64,000 nucleotides of DNA. It comes from Diadema antillarum (taxonomy: Eukaryota). Shown in pieces: positions 40,001-52,000 of the stretch. The stretch covers positions 372,001 through 436,000 of the forward strand of contig NW_027271157.1 of assembly GCF_040938485.1 (NCBI RefSeq), read 5' to 3'. How positions within the stretch are numbered: the first letter of the stretch is position 1; every line of letters begins with the position of its first letter. Below the pieces are notes generated by a model. The model saw only the letters and a list, made by a program, of their open reading frames with translations. It was not told where the DNA came from and did not search any database. The position numbers and the translations under genes are program-made.

Positions 40001-43000
40001 GTAGGTTCACTTACTGAACCGATGTCAGCTTTCATTGACAAGTATCTACAAGGGGTCTTACATAACGTCGAGAGCTATGTAAAAGATACCAATGATTTTC
40101 TTAATAGACTCGACAACATTCAGCTTCCTCCAAATTGCACTCTAGTCACTTTGGATGTCGTCAGTCTGTACACGAACATTCCTCACTCCGATGGGGTTAA
40201 TGCATTGCGTAGATTTTTGACCAAACACGACCCTTCTTCTGACATGCCCATAGAAGACATTTGTCGTCTTGCCCAGTTCATCTTGAAACATAATTACTTC
40301 ACATTTGATGATGAATGCTTTCTACAAACTCAGGGTACTGCCATGGGTACTAAATTTGCGCCAGCGTATGCCAGTATTTTTATGGCCGTACTCGAGGAAG
40401 AATTCCTCTCGAAAGAAACTCTAAAACCTAGCATGTTCGTCCGCTACATTGACGACATTTTTCTCATTTGGCCCCATTCTGACGAACAGCTGTCGGAGTT
40501 CCACTCCAAGCTCAACATGGTTCATCCCGACATCAAATTTACTATGGACAGCTCTAGGTCAGAAGTACACTTTCTTGATGTGACTATCCGCAAAGAAGGA
40601 GGGAAGCTGAACACGTCTGTTTACCACAAACCTACAGACAGACAGACGTATCTTAAGTACAACAGCTTCCATCCTAATCATATTAAGAGGTCAATTGTGT
40701 ACAGTCAAATGCTCCGCTACAGACGAATCATTTCTGATCACAAGGAATTTCTGGATGCGTCTTTGAAGCTGGGGCAAAAATTCGTTGCAGCGGGGTACCC
40801 GTTAGACATTGTGCAAGCAGGTAGGGACCGCGCGATAGCAAAAAGACGCTCATCCTTACTACATCATGATAATCTGAAACCCAAAGACTCACACACACGC
40901 AAAGTCTTTGTAACAACATATCATCCCACATCACAACAGTTCATGAAGGAAGTGAGGAAAGAATGGCCTACTCTCAAACAAGTCCAATCGGTAGCTCCCG
41001 AGTTAACAGCACGTCCCTTACATGCACAACGACAGCCACGCAACCTGAAGAGTTTGCTTACACGATCTCGAGTCAACAGAACAATCAATCCTACTGGAAA
41101 TCATAAATGTGGAAACAAACGATGTCAAATATGCGCTCACCTAATCACAGATACAGATATCACACTTGGCTCCGGCCACACCCTCCATCCGACGTCAGGG
41201 GACTGCAACAGCAAGAATGTAGTATACAGCCTTACATGCAAGCAATGTCCCCTGGCTGTCTACATCGGAGAAACAACAAATTTTAGACAACGTTTCAACA
41301 ATCACAAAAGCACAATCATTAGAAGTCAAACACAACATCCAGTCGCACAACACTTCAACAAACCAAATCACACACTAACAGATCTGCAATGTTGCATTTT
41401 ATACAAGGACATGGAAGCATTTGAAGAAAGACACGTGAAAGAACTAAAAACAATCATCCGCACACGAAGCTTCCAGGGACAGGGCATGAACATAGATCTA
41501 TCATGGCTCACGAACTACACTTTTTACAAGTAGGTGCGCCGCTTATTGTTGTATGTTCTCCCGTTTACCCCGCTGCAATAGATCTTATCATTATATTGCT
41601 TGAGTGATATAATGCTGACGCTCCTTTTAACCATTTCTTGGAACCAGTCTTTTTTCCACTCCGAGACGTATTGTGACGTATCTATTTAATCAAAAGAAGA
41701 AAAATATGATTTTTCACGTATTTCATATTCATGCTATAGTCTCAGATTATTTAAAGACTATCTACTCACCAGAATTTGGAAGTTAATGTATGTGTATGCT
41801 GAAGTTTGAAAGGGATGGTAAACTGCTTGCACATATTTTGCATAACCATCAGTGTGACGATTCAGTTTGATTTAAAAAAATCGAATGTTTATATTGATCA
41901 TGATAATTTCAGATTATGTAAAGATTATCTATACACTAGAATTAAAGTTAATTTATGTGTATGTTGAATTTTGAAAGAAATAATGCACTGCTTTTACATT
42001 ACCACCGCAGCTGCGTATTCAGAGGAATTACTTCTGTATCAGTCGTGCCAAGTTTTTTCATGTATGCTTTATACTCATTGTAATTTCATTATGACGTAAC
42101 ATTGTACTGTTGCCAGGATGCGCGCTGGGTGTTAGGATGCCTAGCATGGATGCGTTAAAGCGCGCATCCTTAGTAACACGGTTGCAATATATTGTTATGG
42201 CTTAATTTTGTTATTGTTCTCTCAGTATCAACACTTGAGAAAGGGCGGCGAGACGCCCGAAAATTTGTGTGAAGAAATAAACCGTTGGTGAATACAGCAT
42301 GAACTTTGTTGCAGCTTTGTTACTTATCTTTTTATCTTGCCAACACGTGGACTACCTTATCAACATATATATATATATATATATATATAAACATCTTGGT
42401 AGTGAGTGTGTGTCGTTCGTTATTTTCATATTCTTGGTTGTTTTAATCAATCTGAACATAATTAGACAGGCCATGCAGCTCATTTTAAGAATATTTTTAA
42501 AAATCGATCAACCACAATGTTGCAGTGGCCTTAATGTACGTGTTGAGTATCCTTTTCACCGGTTTTATATCATGGCGTTATCATGATAAACACACGAACG
42601 GAGTTTTACCCTCTAACAATATGGTGGATTAGTCATTTTTGTTATTCGTACATGTACTTGTATTAAAAAAATAAATGTTCATAAAATACATGTATTACTC
42701 GATCCGTACTGTCTTTTCTTTACAACAATTCAAATTCACCTTTTCCAGCAGTTCTCTGTCCTTGGCTTCTTCAGAGGCCACCTTGGGGGTTGTACACCTC
42801 CCTTTCATTTTGCCCTTGCCCTTGCCAACAATTGATAAGTTGGTGTAAGAGGAACCAGCTTCATGCTCTGCTGGGGGTCATCAGCTTCTTGGGTGGTCTG
42901 GTCATTCTTACTGCTGTCATCATGCCCATCAGTCTCAGTATCCTGGTCGGGGGAAGAGTATTTAATTCGTCTTCTCTTGGTTGGGATGCTACTTGTCCTT

Positions 43001-46000
43001 TAGAGGTCTGCAAAAAATAAATAAATCACTCGGTCAACATCTTTTACAAGAAAGACACACGATGGCGATTTCTATATTTTGTTTAAATGTAGCTTATTAC
43101 AGATATTAATAAAATCAAATGCATATTCACCCTTCCCAATGTTCTTCCTTTCATCCTCACAATATGTCCCTCCAGGACGCGGAATGTATTGAGAATCCAC
43201 TGATCTCTCTCACTGTAAGGTGTGTCTCTGGTCCACTTTCCAGACTTTGGGTTCGTCAGACGGCTGTATACTGTGTCCTCATAGACTTGAGGAAATTGTT
43301 CAGCTGTTCAACTGAAAAAAAAATCGAACACTGGGAATTTAGATCACATAAATTAATGGAAAGAAACAAACAACTTCATCAAATTCTTGTTTCTCATACA
43401 GTGAAGCATATAGCTAACGGGATAAACGAAATGTGGGGGTCAAAATTTTCAGGACTAAATATTATGCATGTCATGTTGTCAGTTGAAGACCTGAATATAA
43501 GAACGACCCAAGTCCAATTTTTGGCCAAATTCAGTTTGACATGGGAAATTGTAGTTTATGCATGGACTCATCTTGTGTATAAATGATAAATCCTAATTAC
43601 CCCCGGAAGTGCCTGAAATGAATGAGTTAAATCTGATATTAATGTAAAAGTGAAGGACTTGGGTCATTCTTACATTCATATAGTAGCGCCCTCTCTCATC
43701 CTTCTCTCATCTCTATAGCAGAGTATCATGTATATGAATCAAAGAACGACCCAAGTCCATATGAATCAAAGAACGACCCAAGTCCACCACACAAAATGGC
43801 CTCTCCACAATTAATGTTCAAGTTCAAGTTCAAGTTCAAGTTCATATTTATTCGTTTTTTCCACAATATATAACACAAACATAAATCTCACTTTCTTAAG
43901 TGACAAAATCAATGCATACAATTGTACAGAGAAAACAACAATAATAGCACAAAAAAAAAACTAACAGTATCGATACATTGCAATATAGTTGCTAAGACAA
44001 CGAAAGTGAAATAGTTTTCAATATAATTATGCACTGTGTGAAAAAAAAAAACGGAGGGACCCACTAAAAAGACAGAGCTTGTAGAGTGTGGGCCCCTCGT
44101 TATTAGAAGTCCGATGTAAAAATTGAATTGAAAACAGCAAAAAATCCGCACAAAAAGTTCGTCACAAAAAAGTTTGGAAGCCCACTAAGAGACAGACGAA
44201 CAAACAGTTATGCATAGAACAACTACAAACAGAGTAATGAACATGCAACAGGACTGGGACAGCAACAAGACTACTTGTAGGAGGAAAAACAAGAAAAAAA
44301 AACTGACATGACGACACAAGAGGAAACAAGACTATAGCGTGATAAAGAGGTAACAAAATAGACAGGAATATGCAACACAGATGACGATCCTCGGGGGTTT
44401 GAGGAAGAAAGAGAAGTAAATGTTAATTGTCATAAATATGTTTTAATTTGTATATTCAATGTTGCCTTCCCATCACAGTTGAATAGAATATTATTGGACA
44501 AATAAAAATATATGAAGTTTTCTTTAGTTTACTCGAAATGGTCTTCCATGGACTTGGGTCGTTCTTATATTCATATACTCAGTTGTTTACAGGATTTTCG
44601 ATAATTATGGCAATCATAATCATAGTAGTAATCATGGTAATGAATTCAACAAAATATATTTAGCGAAACTCCGTTTTGCCGCCAGAGGCCCCCCCCCCCC
44701 CACCTAAATGATAGATATTAATATTCATCTTCACTTACCGAAGCACACCGGATCGTACTCCTTGGCCTTCTCTTCGATTAACCTAATTGTCTTCTTTGCA
44801 GTATCCTTGTATGACTTTAGTCGCCTGTTCTACAGACAATCGTGATCTATGTACCACTCTGCTAATTCTACTTCTTGCTCTTCAGTGAATGTGTATGTAG
44901 TGAGGTGTTTTTCGTCTCTTCGGGGTGGACTTCTTAGGGGTGGACTTCTTGTTTGGGGTGGACTTCTTTGTTCTTTTTTTTTTTCGTCTTCCCTGGGGTG
45001 CCAGACGGAGAACCTTGCGAGTTGAGAAAAATGGATTCATTTTCCTCCCCAACCAGTTCGACAGGCGAGGCCTGATGCTCAGTAGTTTGAGCTTGGACCT
45101 GGTCTAGTTTGGTGTCTTGTTCTTTTACCTGTCTCTGCTCGTCATTGATCTCCTCTTCCGTCTCCATTCTCTCTTCCTGCACTTCTTCTACTTCTACCCT
45201 TGTTTGAATGACATTATTCTTTCGGTGTTTAACTACCTGAATGGCCACAACTCTTGGATCTCTTGGGTCGGGGCATATTCCTCTCCTATTTTTGCTAGTT
45301 GTAATAGTACAGTGACAATGGCCGTTTTAAAAGTACGTGTACATGCGTGGGTCGATTAAAATGTGCTCTCATTTTAAAATATATATGGAAAAATATAGAA
45401 CACTGGATATTTATTATTCAGCTGGCATGTCAATGTGCACTTGCAACGCAATCTGACTAAACTCATACGAAACTCGCTGTAACTCGGGGTGCTCGATCTG
45501 AACTCGCGCTAATCTCGCGGGCACCTCTCCTTCACTCGTAATACGATCGCAGTGCTCGTATCTCGCTCTAGTAAACTCGGAATGCACTCGCGTATACTCA
45601 AATATGGCGAGTAATTACGAGTTATTACGAGTTTATCTCGAGCTTCTTTCGAGTTATTGCGAGTATCGCGAGTATATAACGAGTCTAGCTGAGTTCAGCA
45701 CGAGTTACAGCGAGTTAGCAAAAATTTTGAACATGTTCAAAAATTTTGGGACTGCTCACGACTTCAAGGAGAGTTGTCCCGAGCTTGAACGAGCTCCGCC
45801 GAGCCATGCCGAGTTGTCGCGAGTTATCCCGAGTTACATGGTGAGCTTCACGCGAGTTATCGCGAGTGCCTCATTTTGGCAACTCGCCTTAACTCGCCAC
45901 AGCTCGCCATGTCAACTCGCCAAAGTGTAAACGCTGCTTTACAGCGAGTTAGCAAAAATTTTGAACATGTTCAAAAATTTTGGGACTGCTCACGACTTCA

Positions 46001-49000
46001 AGGAGAGTTGTCCCGAGCTTGAACGAGCTCCGCCGAGCCATACCGAGTTGTCGCGAGTTATCCCGAGTTACATGGTGAGCTTCACGCGAGTTATCGCGAG
46101 TGCCTCATTTTGGCAACTCGGCTTAACTCGCCGTAGCTCGCCATGTCAACTCGCCAAAGTGTAAACGCTGCTTAAGATACTTGTGATTCCATTTAACTTC
46201 CAACATACTTTAACAAAATATATCTGTATTCCGATTATTACCAAGAACCCCTGCCCGAATGATTTCCGTGACAGCCACAGGAAGCTTTTATTCTTTGAGT
46301 TAAATCTCTAGGTAATTTCTAGTGATGATGACGATGATGATGATGATGAAGATGATGTGATGNNNNNNNNNNNNNNNNNNNNNNNNNNNNNNNNNNNNNN
46401 NNNNNNNNNNNNNNNNNNNNNNNNNNNNNNNNNNNNNNNNNNNNNNNNNNNNNNNNNNNNNNNNNNNNNNNNNNNNNNNNNNNNNNNNNNNNNNNNNNNN
46501 NNNNNNNNNNNNNNNNNNNNNNNNNNNNNNNNNNNNNNNNNNNNNNNNNNNNNNNNNNNNNNNNNNNNNGTGGACAGTCATGACAGTGGAATGTGTGCTG
46601 GCGTGAGAATGATGAGGATAGAGCGGGAAAACACGGAAATACGTCAGGTGAGTATAATGGAATCATAACATTCAGTAGTGAGTGGATATTACAGTAGTGA
46701 TGATTATTACTACGACCGTTGTTTACATTATCGTCACTGTCATAATGAAGCCAAGGTCATGATTATCATTTTACAAGCAATACCATCTCTTCTCCGGGAT
46801 ATACTCACGAATATGTTACACACTTCAAGGATGGTATCCAGACCGATGCAGTTGGCTCCCCCAAAGGAAGGCCTCCATGTATGAACAGATATAGTATAGG
46901 AGCGGGAGACGTACATGGAAGTGTTATAGGCCTACCAGTAATGAAGTTTGATGGGCAGTGCACACATCCTCGTTGATAATGTGTCAACAGCGCCACCTTG
47001 TGGTACAATCCATGTGATCAGCAGTGAAGTAAACAAATCACTCACAATAGACCAGTTCGTAATTCCACTTTGCGCATGAGCAGCAAAAAGGTCATTTGTA
47101 CCAAGAGGCATTTGGGTTTATTAATTCACTGAGATAAGCATCTGTGATGTGATGATTGATCCTTATCTAAATAGTGCTTGCTAGCACATCCACCTGACAG
47201 CAAGCCTGGTATTTGGCATTATCAAAAGAAAAAGGTTGTTATTGCATTCAATACAAAACGATGAATTAGATGCCTGCTAAAGTGTCAACTGACGGACTAT
47301 TCTGGTCACCTGGTCTAAACTCAAGTTCATACTTTGTTTGAACACGAATTCCATAAATTGTTATGTCGGGCAAGCTTATGCATCATACCGCTTTGAAAAC
47401 GAGTGAAGTGCCTAACCAACTGAGAAAACACAAAGGTCATTCGTACCAAGGTGTACATGAGCTAATTACGAACTGGCTTATACTATTCTCTCGCAAATCT
47501 CAACTTCTAACTTGTGTGAAGTGTCTAAGCTTTATATAGTTCTAAGATAGAAATAGAAACAACAAACCCAGTCCACGACAGTCCTTCAAAGACACAGAAC
47601 AATGTCAATTTATAAATATTTACATAATTACCTCATGATAATTTGACGAAATTGGCCCGAAACCTGTTGCCATTACGATGTTCACCATTAATATCGATAT
47701 CATTGTCATGCGTTTCGAGATTTGTAATTACCTGGGACTATTGCAGTGTCTATATTTCTTCCGGATTCCTCCACCGCATGTTCGCGAGCACTCGGAGAAG
47801 TTCGGTTCCCATTCGGACCAGCCGCCGTGAATTGGATCGGGCCCACGCTCTCCGTAATCCACACATTCTCCACCTATACACCACTGACTCAAAATAAAAC
47901 CGGAGGGGGTGATTCAACGAGGAGCTATGGCTAGTTCCCCCCCCCCCCCCATACACCATTGGGAGAAATTTTCGAGAAGAGAACGTCATGGTGATCGCAG
48001 CTACAAACCATGGTTTGTAAATTTAACGAAATGAGGATAATGAAAAACACTATACAGTCAATCATTATCAAAATGGTCATGCAAGATTGTTTCCTCAGTT
48101 TCCTTGTTGAATGGGGGGGGGGGGGGGGGGGGGCTTTGCAGATAGTTTGAAACAATAAGCCAGTTCGTAATTAGCTCATGTACACCTTGGTACAAATGAC
48201 CTTTCTTTTTTCTCAGTTGGTTAAGCACTTCACTCATTTTAAAGCGGTATAATGCATAAGCTTGCCCGACATACCAATTTATGGAATTCGTGTTCAAACT
48301 AAGCATGAACTTGTGTTTAGAAGAGGTGACCGGAATAGTCCGTCATACCAGTTGACACTTTCGCAAGCATCTAATTCATTATTTCGTATGGAATGCAATA
48401 ACAACCTTTTTCTTTTGACATTGCCAAATACCAGGCTTGCTATCAGGTGGATGTGCTGGCAAGCACTATTTAGACAAGGATCACATGAATAATCATCACA
48501 TCACAGATACTTATGTCAGTGAATTAATAAACCAAAATGCTCATGCGCAAAGTGGAATTACGAACTGGTCTATTTTCTCAATTTACCCTTGCCATGTGGA
48601 TTGGCAAGGTGATTTTTTCCTTACTTACATTGATCCTAATTTGTTTTCTTAATTTATCTATCAAGGTCCCCTTAAACATGGGAGTAGAATTGGCTTTGAG
48701 TAAACACACTCCTATCCCTCACAACCATGGTAGCACTTCATTGTTGGAACGTACCTTACCCTCCCCACATTCAGTGCCGTCTGCAGGTGGGTACTTATTG
48801 GTGCTGCATACTAGGACGCCCTCATTCGTTCGCCCGCACCACAATTTCTCACAGTCATCCTGCAAGGAAGAAAGAGATGTGCACACAGGTATGTTTATTC
48901 ATCTGCCGTGATCCCAACGGAAAGTATTAACATGACTGTAACTTCGCTCCTGATGGGCATTTTACGGCTTTCACCTCTGAAGAGTGATGAAAATTGATCT

Positions 49001-52000
49001 ATTTTCTATCTATACAGCAACTATTTATTTCACCGTTGATGGCAAATGAACGCTCAGTAACCCTGAGTTTAAGAGTAGATTACAATTCATTAAAACGATT
49101 AAGAACCAGATATAAATGGTAAGGGGCTAAACAAGCGAAAACAAGGAGACACAACACACTTATGCAAGTGATTTGTCATTTCATTTAAAACTCTTCCACA
49201 AAATCGGCACCTGATTGCAAAACTGCAATCTGACCTGAACAACCAGGAGCAGTACTCCCGCAGAAACTGTCTGCGCATTTTTGGTGTCCCGGAAGCTGAC
49301 AAGGAAAATACAGATGACGTTGTCTGTCGGATCGCCAACCAGAATCTCGGAGTGGAGCTACGACGAGACGACATTGATCGCAGTCACCGCGTTCAACGAC
49401 GATCTCCACCACCAGTCGGATCATCCAAGCCGAGAGCGATAATTGTGAAGATGACATCATACCGACTTCGCCAACGCCTGCTCACGAACAGAAAGAAACT
49501 CAAAGGCACCGGCCTGAGCATCTGTGAAGACTTGACCGACCCCAATCGGAGATTTTAATATTGATTTGCTTAAAGTAGGGCATGTGCAATATGTAAATGA
49601 ATTTGTGGAATTGTTGTTACTGAATTCTATGCTACCTTTGATTCGTCATCCTACACGTGTATCTGACTCTTCCGCTTCATTACTTGACAATATTTTCACC
49701 AATGATTCTTGCCAAATCCAGTCCGGAGTTATTCTTACTGATATATCAGATCATTTTCCTGTTTATTGCATTTGTAAAAGTGTCATTTCATTGGTAAAAA
49801 GAGACCAAAGACAAGTAAAGAGGGATTTAAATTAAAATAATATTATACATTTTTTACGGTCATTGGAATCCATGTCATGGGTATGTGATAGAAATGATGG
49901 TGATATTAGCTTTGATAACTTTTTTGGTTCAGTCACTGACAAATATAATGAATCATTTCCATTAATTTCAACTTGTAAACACAGGAAAAATGATAATGTA
50001 TGGTGTACAAAAGATATTCGTAGATTGATAAGGAAGAAATGCAAAATGTATAAATTGTATAAGAAGAATCCGACTGATTATCGTAAAGCTCTTTATAAGA
50101 AATATCGAAATAAAGTTACTAATATGGTGAAATTAGCTACAAAGAAATATTATGAGAAAAAGCTAGCTGACAGTAGTGGCAATAGTAAAAAGACATGGGA
50201 TGTGATAAACACTGCCTTGGGGAAAAAGTGTAATTCGAAAACAATCATTAAATCTATTAAGTGTAATAGTGAAACAGTAGTAAATAGCAAAGAGATTTGT
50301 AATTTGTTGAATACATTTTTTTGTCAATATTGGTAATGATATTAACTCTTCTTTTGATGATTCATATGAGTATGATTATCTCCAATATATTAAAAAGGTT
50401 GAGTCAACCGCATTTTTAAAACCAATTACTTGTAAAGAAATAATTGATATTGTAAACAATTTTAAGAAAGATGTAAGTGCTGGATATGACAATATTGATG
50501 TTCGAATTGTTAAAAGAGCTATTCATTTGTTATGTAAACCCCTATGTGCAATATTTAATCAGTGTATGGAATCTGGTATTTTTCCAGATAGATTGAAGAT
50601 AGCCAGAGTTGTACCAATCCTAAAGAGTGGTTCCTCTGATGTAATGACAAACTATCGACCAATATCAGTGTTATCTGTTTTTTCCAAGGTTTTTGAAAAA
50701 TGTATTTCCAATAGGCTTATTGAATTTCTTACGAAGTGCAATATCATTAAGAAAAATCAGTATGGATTTAGACCGGGGCACTCCACATCTTCTGCTTTGA
50801 TTGATTTTATTCATAAGGTGATCTGTGCAATAGATAGGGGGAAAATTTTACTTGGCTTATTTTTAGACCTCAGCAAAGCATTTGACACACTTGATCATAA
50901 TATTCTTTTAGCTAAATTAAGTGCGTATGGATTTCGTGGAGTCACTTTAAAACTTTTGAAAAGTTATTTGAGCAATCGTAAACAGTTTGTGTCCATTGAT
51001 AATAATATATCAGACTACAAAAACATAAGATGTGGAGTGCCCCAGGGATCGATCCTCGGGCCTATTTTATTTCTTTTGTATATAAATGATTTACCCAATG
51101 TTTCTAATATTCTACAATATATTTTATTTGCAGACGATACAAGTATATTTCTGTCTCATGATAATATTGATTCTCTGCAAGAGGTTTTTAATAAGGAATT
51201 GCAATATGTTACAAATTGGCTGCGAGTGAACAAATTATTAATCAATATATCAAAAACTAATATTATGATATTTACAAAGAAAAAAATTAACACTGACAAT
51301 GTATTTATTAACATGTGTGGTTGTCAAATTATGCAGACGTCTTCAGTGAAATTCCTTGGAGTTCATGTGGATAATAAATTGAATTGGTCGAATCATATTA
51401 ATTTTGTTTGTAATAAATTATCAAAAAATATTGGTGTAATGTATAGACTTGGTTTTCTCCCAAAGTCTGTTTTAAAGTCAATCTATAATGCTATAATTTT
51501 ACCTCATTTGTATTATGGAATAACTGTTTGGGGCAATGCTCACGAATGTTACATTCAAAGACTTGTAGTGCTTCAAAAACGTGCAATACGAATCATTTCC
51601 CATGCCACTTTTCTTGCCCATACCCAGCCACTTTTTTTATCCCTGAAGATATTGCAGTTGAATGATATGTACAAATATCAAGCTGGCATTTTTATGTATT
51701 TGTGTAAAAATCGTTTATTACCAAAGACTCTCTTAGATTTGTTCACTTTTAATAATCAAATTCATAATTATAGCACGCGATCCGCGAATGATTTTCACCT
51801 ACCTCTATCCCGTACTTCTTTTTATCAACGATCTATCATTTACATTGGTCCTACCCTGTGGAATTCTCTCCCCTGTGCAATTCGTAATGCTATCTCTTTG
51901 AATACATTTAAATCTGGTTACAAAAAAACTCTCTTTTATAATTATAGCCAAACTCATTGAGGTCAAGAGTATAATCGTTTATTCTTTATGATTCAAGACA

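Larger units (their letters stand above)
36998..42331. mobile_element. Penelope-like retroelement in inverted (fold-back) arrangement
   Basis: Arms 36998-39444 and 39885-42331 (2447 bp each) are reverse complements; 440-bp spacer; (TA)n tracts on both flanks. Confidence 0.92.
35141..45938. mobile_element. Same Harbinger family, inner copy inserted into the outer copy
   Basis: TTA (35138-35140)|TIR ... TIR|TTA (45939-45941); the flanks rejoin to give the sequence seen intact at about 45700-45720. Confidence 0.9.
30928..46172. mobile_element. Non-autonomous PIF/Harbinger element, outer copy (30928-35140 plus 45942-46172)
   Basis: TAA|AGCAACGTTTACACTTTGGCGAGTT ... AACTCGCCAAAGTGTAAACGCTGCT|TAA; 3-bp TSD; subterminal arrays of AACTCG/CGAGTT. 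Confidence 0.9.

Noticed and set aside
37796-41533. Bacterial retron, group II intron or defence-type reverse transcriptase
   Set aside because: RT followed by a Cys knuckle and GIY-YIG is the Penelope architecture, in a spliceosomal eukaryotic context.
45604-46172. ~234-bp near-tandem repeat that could be read as a segmental duplication or CRISPR-like array
   Set aside because: Explained by the two right ends of the nested Harbinger copies; there is no spacer structure and no cas genes.
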